DNA of 64,000 nucleotides from Paraspadella gotoi (Eukaryota > Animalia > Chaetognatha), in contig CM119265.1 of NCBI GenBank assembly GCA_051294375.1, positions 8,192,772-8,256,771 on the forward strand, in the 5' to 3' direction. This document shows, one piece after another, positions 52,101 to 62,470 of the stretch. The notes beneath the pieces are model-generated. The model had not been told where the DNA came from. It worked only from the letters and a program-made list of their open reading frames with translations, and searched no databases. The position numbers and the translations under genes were made by a program. The number at the start of each line of letters is the position of its first letter. Within the stretch, counting starts at the first letter, position 1.

Positions 52101-54715
52101 GAAAGAAAGAAAAAAAAGACACAGAAATAAAGGCACAGAAAAAAAGAAAAAACATAGAAAGAAAAACATTGAAAGAAATAAAGATAGAAAGAAATAATTT
52201 TAAATAATTTTAAAACATAGAAAGAAAAACATTGCAAGAAATAAAGATAGAAAGAAATAATTTTAAAAAGAAAAAGAAAATAGGGGAAAAAAAAGGGGGA
52301 AAAAACTGGAAAGAAAAAAGGGGGAAAAAAAACGGGAAAGAAAAAACGGAAAAGAAAAAAAAGAAAAAAGAAAAAAGAAAAAAAGAAATAAAACAAACAA
52401 ACATCCCGTCGTCTAAAAGACTAACCGATCAACTTTTTTATTTTCCTCGGCTGAGTCGACTTCAACTCTTTTCGTCAAAACGAGAGGAGTCGAGGAATTT
52501 GAATGAGACTCTGAAATCGACTCGTCCGACGAACTCTTCGGGGATTCGCCGTCGTAATTGCCGTCCACATTCTCGTCAATCTTTTGCTTGGGAGAATTGA
52601 GAGAAAGTCGAGAACGATCTTTAGACACAGAACGACGGTGCTCGATGTCCGACCTAAGATGACAAACCAATTTTTTAAAGAAGCTAAATGGATCGATTAA
52701 TTTCCCTTTTCATCAATGAGGTAGCACCTTTGGGTCTTTCCCTTAAAGGATACTCTGAAGTGGCGGAGTTTCATGTGATTCCTTTTGTGTTGAAGCGAAG
52801 AGAAGGAGACGTGACATTTTTTGCATTCGCGCAAAGGACCTCGCATTCGTCTTCCAACGCCGAATTCGATGGCCAGCTGTTAATGTAATGGTTATTAGTT
52901 AATTCAAGTAAGAGGAGCCAGTGAATCCTCTTTTCTTATCATATAATAAATTCTCTGGGAAACTAGAGAGCTTTGGTGACCGACCTGCTTGCCCTGGTGA
53001 TCGGTGTTGAAATGTTGTTTGGCTCGGGAAAAATTCTCGCACCATAAACCGCAGAGCTTGCAGTGACAGGTATTGTTTTGGGAACCTTGCCCAGGGTGAA
53101 ACTTTTTTTTATGCTCATAGAGCTTACTCCTACATGTAAATTTAAGAAATAAAATGTCTATAATTTTTTTGCGCACCGCGGAGGTATGTGCATTGTGCAA
53201 TTGAGCAATATTACCTGGAAGTAAATTTTTGATCGCATATTGGACAGAGCCATGACTGGATAGAGTATGCAGGATGTTCACGTCTGTGACAATCTCGAGC
53301 CTGGTAAGTCTTAAAGGTCTGTCCACAGACCATGCACGGCCAATCGATTTTCAAGTGAACCGCGTAGTTGTGGCTGGCGCGCTTTTGTGAGTTAATGAAG
53401 GTTTCTCCGCAAACTTCGCAGGGCCACGTTTTTTCTCCGGATTTGGGTTCAGACTGGATTGACAGAGAAAGAATGCGCGACCTCTTTAGAAGAAATTCAA
53501 ATTTTATAAGTGTGCTCTATAAAAGTCTACCATAATGTTTACAATTAATTTTATGTTATTCAAAGCAATACAGAACATTGTCCTATAATCCATTTTTGGC
53601 TTATTTTTACATTCGCCGACCGGGATTTTTCGCTTCTTATGAGCGACGTATATAGAAATCTCTAGAAAAAAACTTTTTTACAAATTCCTAACCACCCCTG
53701 ATCCCTAACCAACCTTAACCCAATTGCAAACCGTTTAAAAAATATAACACAAGCATTGTTTTTCTTTGTTTGTTTACGTACAAATTTGATTAAGAAAACT
53801 AAATTTCGGATATTTTTCAGCTTCAATGTAAACCTTCATCAACGCAAAAACGAATTGATTTGTAAAAAATATTTTCACAGACTTTGTGTCAAGTTTGAAG
53901 AGTGAGAAAAAGAAAGAGTCAGTAAAAATATTTGTTTCACAAATCAATTCGTTTTTTGCGCTGATGAAGGCTTACATTGAAACTGAAACATGTCCAAATT
54001 TGATTCTTTATAAAACTCGTACGTAAACAAACAATTCATTTTCTTCCTGAAACATAAAAATAGCAATTAAAATAAATTTAAAACAATTATTATATATTAT
54101 AAGATTATAAAATTTGTATTACTGAATAAAAAATAATGTATATCATTGCGCAAAGTGAGACTCGACGCTAGAGGGAAAGCAAAATTAAATGGATTAAAAA
54201 AGCACCGACCGGTGGTACCTAAGGAATCCTTAGTAAGGATGGTTGCGGACATCGAATAGTAAAGTTACCCACATTTTTCTAGACGCTCTGACTTGCAATT
54301 TGTTGACAATAATTTTTTTTTACTTTTTAGGACTACGACAAAACTCGTTTAATGTTTATTGTGATTACCTTATTTGGTGTTGGGTTTGAGGTTACCTTCT
54401 TCTTTGGCTTATCACTGTGAAACTGTGAAACATGTTGACGACGGTTCTCAGAGGTCGAAAACGTTTTTTTGCAAACTTTGCACCTTTTAAACAAATATGT
54501 TGAGAGATAATAAATACATGTACGTAAAAATAAATAAATACAAGGTAGTTTTATATTATGAAATTGGTACAACCAATATGTATATACCAACTTATGAAAT
54601 TGGTACAACAAATATAAAAATTATATTATATTATGTACCACACCATAGGCATAGCATGTCGAAAGTCAAAAAGCGAAAAAGCAAAAACTTACTTGAATAG
54701 ATCGCGAAAAGGCAT
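49146..54715 (-). CDS. Multi-C2H2 zinc-finger protein (~14-15 fingers, 12 exons)
   Basis: Phase-compatible exons 54715-54693 (MPFRDLFK), 54483-54369, 53453-53215, 53129-52985, 52876-52728, 52653-52426, 51790-51563, 51490-51389, 51311-51195, 51087-50755, 50636-49693 (interrupted by the 10-N gap), 49406-49146. Fingers include CKVCKKTFSTSENRRQHVSQFH, CEVCGETFINSQKRASHNYAVH, CDSCPRRFWLRQSLQKHRESH. Confidence 0.88.
53766..54034. mobile_element. Fold-back/MITE-like palindrome in a zinc-finger gene intron
   Basis: ~120-bp imperfect inverted arms (ttgtttgtttacgtac...ttcaatgtaaaccttcatca...aaaaacgaattgatttgt / acaaatcaattcgttttt...tgatgaaggcttacattgaa...gtacgtaaacaaacaa) around a ~30-bp spacer. Confidence 0.7.
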
Positions 54716-55262
54716 AGTTAAAGTCTGTAACTAAACCGAAGGGAAAAAAAATCTGCGAACTGGTCCGGGAGAGATTTTATCAACTTTATCTTTTCAGTTA
54801 GAGAGTTAAAGGAAAACAAAACATTCGACAATTATTTTTTTCGCCCGTTGAGTGAGGGAATGGAAAAAGAAACGAAAGGCACTCGAGTTGAAGTTAATGT
54901 GGATGAGACTTGGCTCGGTTCACAGTCGCATTTTTTGGCCAAAAAATTTGTGAATAAAAGCTCACGAAGACCTCACCCCTCGGGAAATCAAATTGGGTGG
55001 AGATAAGATTCACGTTCGGGTTTTAGGGGATCGACATCGACCAATCGGGATCTCTCAAAAATGATCGGCTATTTGTGTTCCGTTTCGGTGAAACCACGTG
55101 ACGGTTTCTGGAGACAGTTGGACACAGGTGCTGCATGATCCATTGTCCTCTTTAGTATAGGTTATTTCGTGTCAAGCGAGCTCAACGCGAGACTCTAACA
55201 TTTCTTTTTTCAGAACATTTTTTAAAAAAAGTTATGGACTAAAATCCACCAACCGTTCATCA

Positions 55263-55335
55263 GCGGCCATAGGTGCCGGAGGCAAGTCATTCGCCTCCCA
55301 ACCCAAAGGTCCGGGGTTCTAGCCCGGTGGCTGCC
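55263..55335 (+). pseudogene. tRNA-like (Gly-CCC-like) pseudogene or SINE head
   Basis: Acceptor stem GCGGCCA/TGGCTGC, loop CTCCCAA, B-box-like GGTTCTAGCCC; anticodon stem broken. Confidence 0.55.
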
Positions 55336-56094
55336 TAGGAATTAAGAGGGACGGGGCGCTTAACATGGTGTTACAGCCTGATCCGAAGCTCAGGGACTGC
55401 TTATATTGAACGGTTCTGTCATTAACACATATCAATAATTACTGCACTTCAAATTTTAAATTTCGGTAGAAATAAATAAAACTCAGTTTTTACCAACTTA
55501 GAGGCTTAAACTTGCTTAATGCTTAGTGGGACATTCATATGGACACTTATTTAGCTAAATAGTTATTCAACGATACTGTTTCGTAAATTAGGGAAATTTA
55601 ACTTCTCCAAATTATAATTCAAACGAATGACGTCATGGACATGAAGTGAAAGTTTGGAATCAAAATTTAGCAGTTATATCTTGAAAACTATCATATTAAT
55701 AAATACTATTCTGTATTTATTATTTTTATAAATATAATAACCCAGTCAGCTTATTTTGTATATAGTACTAACCTTATATAATATCAAAATAGCTTTTTTT
55801 TTTAATTTTGAGAACATCTTTAGATTCTTGTAAAAAGTTGATAAAAGAAAATATAAATCTTTTTTCAAAAATTATGTCATTAAGTTAAAATTATAAAAAC
55901 TATAAATTATCTTGCAAGTGTGATGGAGGCCTTTAACCACCAAAGCCTGTCCAAATTCAGGGACAAGAAAGCTTATTTATTAAATGGATGGATAATTTTT
56001 ATATTGGTTGTACTAATTTCATAAAATTCAGCTCCTTGTATTTTAATGCTAGTGCGGAGTACAATATAGTATTCCCCGATCTTTTCACATAATT

Positions 56095-56330
56095 GAAACA
56101 TTCTTTGAAATATTATACCACTTCATTGATAGGGAAGCCAGGTTCACTGGGAGTGAATAAACAAGTCTGTGAGAGAGGCTTGATTAAAAGCTTGCAGAAA
56201 CCTGTTATTTTATTATCTTGCAAGTGTGATGGAGGCCTTAAACCACCAAAGCCTGTCCAAAGTCAGGGACAAGATAGCTTATTTATTAAATGGATGGATA
56301 ATTTTTATATTGGTTGTACCAATTTCATAC
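56095..56330 (+). repeat. Longest copy of an AT-rich dispersed repeat; partial copies at ~45905-45970, ~51885-52060, ~54560-54610 (-), ~55905-56025, ~60670-60730 (-), ~62471-62550
   Basis: Shared segments tgatggaggccttaaaccaccaaagcctgtccaaagtcaggg(g/a)caagatagcttatttattaaatg...tattggttgtaccaatttc and ttctttgaaatattat..cacttc.ttgatagggaagcc. Confidence 0.75.
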
Positions 56331-57105
56331 TTATTACTATATATAAATAATATTAAATAGAGCTCACTGGTACTCACTAATATATAAAATAATAAAAAAT
56401 AAATTTAAATATTTTTATTAATTTTTATATTTTATATGCTAAATTTTAATTTTTTAAAAGAGTCAGTAAAAATTTAAAAACTTTAATGAACATCTATTCT
56501 AGACTAATTGCGTTTTCTCAAGAAATGAACAAAAGTCAAATCTTTTTAATTTGGCATTTTTTATTTGACATATTCTAAATATAACATTTATTCACGATAC
56601 AGAATTAAACCTTATGTCTATAAATTAAAAAGTAGTACATATCACAGTATGCAACAAAAATTTTAATGGATAATTACTCGCAAAAAGTTTCTAAACAATA
56701 TGAAATCCCTCAGCAAGATTATGCGAAAATGTTGTCTTGTCTCGAGCTAGAAGCCGACAACGACCAAGACAAACCTTGGCGCATGCAGCATAAGACACAT
56801 TAAAATGGTTTTATCAATGTAAATATACATAACAAATAAAAAAAGAGCAAAAACAAAAAATATCAACAAGCGATGACTTTTCGCTTCAAATCGCGATTAA
56901 ATTTACTACTGTAATTAATAGATGCGCTAGAGTATAATAGGCTATTTTAATGGAAGCGATGCGGCGGTTTTTAATGAACGCGCGACCACAAACGAGTAAA
57001 AAAAAATTTAAGAATGAAATTAAGCCAAGTCAATGTCCCACGATCACACTCGAGTTTTTTTTCCACGAAGCGACTTTAAACGAAATCGAGTCAATTAGCG
57101 TTCGA

Positions 57106-57530
57106 TCACGCGTCGACTACGAGGCCGACGCCAAAGTCGTTGGGACCTGCGGCGACGTTCATGGCGTTGACTTGACCAGAGACGTTGAGGGAGACGCCGT
57201 CGCGGAGGCGCGTGCTGTAGGCGACGGAGAGAAGGGAGGAGTTGTCGATTTTCACTGCCGGGGTACAGAAAAGGTGAGGGGTGGTGGAGATATATTGAAA
57301 TGGAGGTTTAACAAAAGGGGAGGTTCGTGCAAAAATAAAGAAAGCCAATAGTTGTCAACTCCCTTACCCGCGACGGACGAGATTCCGCTGAGTGCGACTT
57401 TATGTGAGAGGGCGAGGGAAGGTTTGTCGCCGGGTGTCGCGTTGAGCTCGACGCCCAGTTCCGCGTCGGACGACAATTTTTGGTAAACCTGAGCGTTGAC
57501 CGCCTTGTCCGCCGCCAGCGTCGTCAAAAG
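57106..57530 (-). CDS. VDAC: Voltage-dependent anion channel (porin)-like gene, C-terminal two exons
   Basis: 57530-57368 (LLTTLAADKAVNAQVYQKLSSDAELGVELNAT...SSVA) plus 57254-57106 (VKIDNSSLLSVAYSTRLRDGVSLNVSGQVNAMNVAAGPNDFGVGLVVDA*) aligns by eye to the VDAC C-terminus (KVNNSSLIGLGYTQTLKPG...NVNAGGHKLGLGLEFQA). Confidence 0.85.
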
Positions 57531-58099
57531 CTATATAAACATAACGCAGAGCACAACGAATTATCAAAATTTCTGTTACTGTCTTAGTGTGTTTTTTTCA
57601 AATTCGTAGATGCTTGATTTTTCGGGAGTGTTACGCCTGACCGCTCGGTTTGAGTGGCCAATACTTTTTTGTCTGTCTTGCCTTGTTTGTTTGCGTATTT
57701 TTTACTGTCAAAGCTTTCATCTAAGGATAAAATTACTAATTCAATGAATACTTCTATTACGACATATATTTATCATCATTAACACAATCTAGTCACCACG
57801 TTGTGCACATGCGCAAACGGAAACGCCTACCATATTTTATACATATGTAATACGTATTTATTCCGCAATACTGCACGTTATAGTAAGACAAAATGTAAAG
57901 TTCTAAGTGATGTTAAAGATTAGTAATATCCAGTCGTATATTATTAAAAGAAAAAAGTTTATTTCCAAAAACCGTGCGTTATTGACGTTTTCAACAATAT
58001 GCGTATATGATATGTATTTATAAAAAAATACATTTCCTTTTTTTGTTTGATTTTTAATTCTGTTTGCATATTAGAGAAAAACGAACTTTTAATCTGACG

Positions 58100-59740
58100 A
58101 TGGCGTCAGGCGCGGATCCCGTCATGATCTCCATCGCTTCGGTAAACAACAACGTCGCCGATATGAAGGACGTCGCTTCGTCTCTTTCGGCGTCACCGAC
58201 TCCTGTCCTTCCAACGCCGGATCCACCTCTTCACTTTCGCGCTGGCTCCAAACGGCCTTTAACTTACGAGCGTCGTTCATCCCCGACGCCGTCGTCAGCG
58301 CCGGGACGATCCTCTCGAGGCTCGACTCCTCCCGCGCCGCTTTCCGTCTTCTCCGCTCAATTTCCTTCCGCCGACTCTGCGCCGCCGCTCCGATCCAACC
58401 AAACTCTCATAAGCGACGCCGGGATTTTATCTTCCTCGTCTTCCACCTTGATCGACGCCAACTCCTCCGCCTCTTCTTCCGGTCCGATAAACTCTGGCGA
58501 GCTCTTCGACGAACCGGCTAACCCGTCGTCATGTGACGATTTGGAATCCGCATCGACGGAAAACATCTCCCTTTCTGCCGCACCCGAGGCATCCGACACA
58601 ACTGCCGCAACCACCGATTGCTCCACGAAACTTTCCTCGAAAGGCGTGTCGACGCAATTTGAATTGTTATCGTCTCAACCGGTGGCACCGAGGATAGTTT
58701 ATCTCAAGGGAGACGGCCCGACGGTGAGTGGAGATGACTTTCGGTCAAAATTGGCGGATAGGGATTCCATTTCTTTGATATTTTCTTTTTTTGCAGGCCT
58801 CTTTCCGACCACCCTCGGTTGTTCATTCTGACTGTTCGGCCAAAGCTTGTGAGGTTCTCGGGCTCACCAGCAACACTGCCAGGTGGGAACGAGGTTTTAG
58901 TTTTATGAGCAGCATTTTAATCTTATTTAAAAATTTAATATTTTACAATTTAAACATAATAATTTTATTTTAAACTAGATGGGAGACGTGCCCGACGCCA
59001 GGTTGCGATGGAAGCGGTAACGCGGTCGGAACTTACTCGTCGCACCGCTCTCTGTCCGGGTGTCCGAGGGCCACCAATGTCATGAAGCGCGCTAAACTTA
59101 CCTCAGAGGTCATGCAGGTGAGGTCCAAGAATTTCTGGTTACAAGAAAAAAAGGCCTTATCACAGTTACCAAAGTTTAATAATTCGCCTTTTAATATTGC
59201 AAAACAGGAAATTCACAAAAAGGCTTGCGCCGGGATCGATTTACTCAGTACGGACGGCGAACTTCAAAAATTGGACCAGGAGATTGAAAGGCTCACCAAA
59301 GAAAATAAAGAGCTCGAGTCTGGCTACTCGGATTTTCAAGTTCGTCGCTGGAAAAATTTAGGATATATTTGACATGTTTGAAATTGTTTATCCAATCAGT
59401 AATCATGTCGGATCATATTATCTCCCATACTACCCCCGCAGTCAAAGCTTAAAACCATGGAAGCGGAGGTGACCAAGTCGCTCAAGGAAAACGCGAACGC
59501 GCTGAGAAGAACTCTTATTTGAAGCGGTACTACGACCACGTGCGCGCGCAGATCCAGGCCAGGCTCAAACGCGTTGACGCGTTGCGTCACGTGACCGACT
59601 TGGATCACCGTGGTCTCGAGGACGACCTCGACGTCTTTCTCGAACAGCTCAAGGCGGTCGTGCTTTGCCGATATCGGCGCGACGACAAGACGTTGTTCAA
59701 TCTCGTCAAGGCCAGCGTGCAGGACGTCAGAATCGTGTGA
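58100..59740 (+). CDS. MYT1: MYT1/ST18-like C2HC zinc-finger protein with C-terminal coiled coil
   Basis: Exons 58100-58723, 58797-58882, 58979-59117 ([28 protein letters not shown]), 59208-59339 ([21 protein letters not shown]), 59442-59740 (...[15 protein letters not shown], cf. the MYT1-family end ENIKQAVRGIQV). One base appears missing near 59499. Confidence 0.78.
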
Positions 59741-60945
59741 CGACGTCGAACGTTGACGGGACTGAACTTAAATTGAGAGAATTGGCGTAGTTAGACTCTA
59801 AAGTTTGTTGAATTTTTCCTTTTATTTGTTTTTCTACTTCCCCACGAGGGCGTCCTAATAAAATTATTATTATTATTATAATTTTTAAGTTTTTTTATGC
59901 TTAGCAGATATCGAGTAGTTTGTTAGGTTACATCTGAACACAGCTAGAGTACGAAGTAAGTAAACATTGATGTAGATGCACCTATAACAGGATGGTATAT
60001 ATATATTTAGTTACCCTGATTAATCATAACATCGATTAATATAAGTTCAGTGGAGAATTAATTACTTAATGGTTTGAAGGCTACTTGACTGGCTTCTTTG
60101 TAAGAGCTAGAGTGCTAGGCCTGGAAAGTATTCAAGTAGAGACCTGTGACAGGATATCCAAGTCATAGTGTAATTCTTTTTTTTTAATGCTAATAAGAAT
60201 AATGATAATAATAATAAAAACAAAGACGCTAATAAACAAAGAGACGCTAATAATAGTAATTCTAGCTGACCAAAGGATAATTCATTGAGAATATATCTTT
60301 CTTACTAAATGTAGAAAAGACAGCTGGAATCACAAGAATAGTTAAAAGTTTAAATAAGTAATTATTATAATTAAATCATTAATTATTTAGTTATTAATTG
60401 AACCATAAACAAACATATGTAAAATGTCAATATTAAATCTTTAGGGCAATAGAATAAAAATTTATCAAAGCTTAATCGGAATACGACAATATGCAAATGA
60501 AATAATCCACAAATTAAGCTGCGACATTTCTTCGTTTATTTTGAATCCTCAGCACTATAAAGAAAATAAACCATAAACTATTAATTTCTCAAACTTGATT
60601 CATTAAATTTTAGAAACGGTTTTAGAAACCGACAATTCTATTTTTTATAGCAAATGACCTATGAACTTATGAAATTGGTACCAACCAATTATTCATTCAT
60701 CTAATAAATAAGCTATCTTGCCCCTGACTTTATATTATAATAAATAAGATATTTGTGAATCTTTTGTTCAGAGAAAAGGTTTCCGTTTCTACCACCATCG
60801 CATTATCCCTTTGAAGAACAAAAGATCACTTCCTGTCCTTACGAAACAGAGAATTGTTTACTAATATTAAGTGCTGTCGTACCAAATTTTATACTTGCCA
60901 CACTTTCTCCGTTTATTCAATTATTGTGATGCGTTTCATAGTTGG

Positions 60946-61101
60946 CTAAATTTTACTTTAGCCGACTGCGGTTTTGGCGTCTTTTGAAAAACCATTTCAA
61001 AATACTTATTTTTTAAAAAAAATTATTACCCATTAACCCTAACCTTAAACCCTCTTAACCCTAACTACCTCCCTAACCCCGGTCGGCGAAAGTAAAATTA
61101 G
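60946..61101. mobile_element. ~155-bp MITE-like element with ~20-bp terminal inverted repeats and internal CCTAAC-like repeats; related partial copy at ~53597-53725
   Basis: ctaaattttactttagccgac ... gtcggcgaaagtaaaattag; internal taaccctaaccttaaaccctcttaaccctaac. Confidence 0.6.
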
Positions 61102-61201
61102 TTTATCGAAAGTATATTTGTTCAAACATTTTATTGCAGCGTCTCGACTCTCGACTTTACTTGAACGTGATATAAACTCTTTATTTTCGGCTGGTTCCAT
61201 C

Positions 61202-62283
61202 ATGGGGATGCTTTCAAGGCAAAGGAGGCAGCGGCGGTATTGGAAGCCGCCCTCCCGGAACTTCCCTCCGCTGCGGGTAAGTGGAGAAGGGGATTTTCAA
61301 AAGATGAGACTCGGAAGCCAAAGAGGAATTTTTCTTCTATTAGTTTTGACGGACGTTGTCGAGACGGCCGCCGCCAACACCAACGACAACGCTGTAAAAG
61401 AAGTAAGAACCGAGTAGAAAAAGCTGGGTTGGTGTGAGTCGACTGACTCTTTAGGTTGAGATCCTTTCGTGTTTCCCCCTCAGTGTTGCGGATGCAAGTC
61501 CCGCTCGTCCACCGAACTGAAAGACAAGTCCGTCCCGATCCCGGCCTTCGAAGGTACGGCTTTTCATCCTTAACTCACTGCGTAATATTAAAAAACGTCG
61601 CTTCTTATTTTTCAGATTTGGCGTCTCCTTCCCACGCCGTGCTGCACGCCCCCTTCAACGCTGGCGCCTTTTCTCTCGACTTCACGACTGCCACGAAAAC
61701 CGGCTCCAAATTCGGAGGGAATCTGTCCATGCAAACGGGTCCCAAGAGCGTCACCAGCGCCTTGGAATCCTCTCATGTCTTTTGGGTTCGTCGGATTGAA
61801 AAAAAAAATGGATACTCCAAGGAATTTGCTGTAGTTTAGACTGTGTTCGCCTTTTTGCATCTAGGGAGCGGATTTCACGATGCGTTACACCAGCGCCCGC
61901 GTCTTGGAAGAATCCCTGTCGGTCAAGGACTTCGTCGTTTCCGGTCTCAACGTCGGACTTACGTCGGTCTTCGCCCCGACACGGGCAAACTCAACTTGGG
62001 GCTCAAGTCCAGCTTCAGGTTTGGTACTTTTGTTTTGTGGCACAGTATAAATTGTGAATTTCGTTCTGTGAATGTTTTTTATCTAGAAATTTTCCCTATT
62101 CTCTTTAGCAACGACCTGGCAACCGTGGGTGTCGCCGTATCTGACAACCTCTCGTCGGTCGAGGCCTCGGCGGTTATCAACCGTAACGGGTGGGTCGCCG
62201 GTTTTCTATCCAGCGTCGACCCCAGAAAACCCTCCTCGCTGCAAGGCTCTTGCGCTCTGGGATTCCGAGGGCCTGACTTTCAG
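61202..62283 (+). CDS. VDAC: VDAC/porin-like gene, N-terminal part, with a probable N-terminal extension
   Basis: Exons 61202-61276, 61344-61402, 61484-61553 (...SVPIPAFE), 61616-61785 (DLASPSHAVLHAPFNAGAFSLDFTTATKTG...ALESSHVFW), 61865-62018 (GADFTMRY...PDTGKLNLGLKSSF), 62109-62283 (...NGWVAGF...CALGFRGPDFQ|gt); these match VDAC PPTYADLGKS...SPNTGKK...GWLAGY...AVGYKTDEFQ. Needs single-base homopolymer corrections at ~61205 and ~61975. Confidence 0.82.
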
Positions 62284-62470
62284 GTGGAAAGAGAACAATA
62301 GAAGAAATGAAAAACCTTTGGATTGTTNNNNNNNNNNNNNNNNNNNNNNNNNTGATAACCGCCGAGGCCTCGACCGACGAGAGGTTGTCAGATACGGCGA
62401 CACCCACGGTTGCCAGGTCGTTGCTAAAGAGAATAGGGAAAATTTCTAGATAAAAAACATTCACAGAACG

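Noticed and set aside
38145-61975. Frameshifts in the CELF, MYT1-like and VDAC-like genes as pseudogenisation or programmed frameshifting
   Set aside because: Single-base and mostly in homopolymers, in an assembly with pervasive indel errors; the proteins are otherwise conserved.
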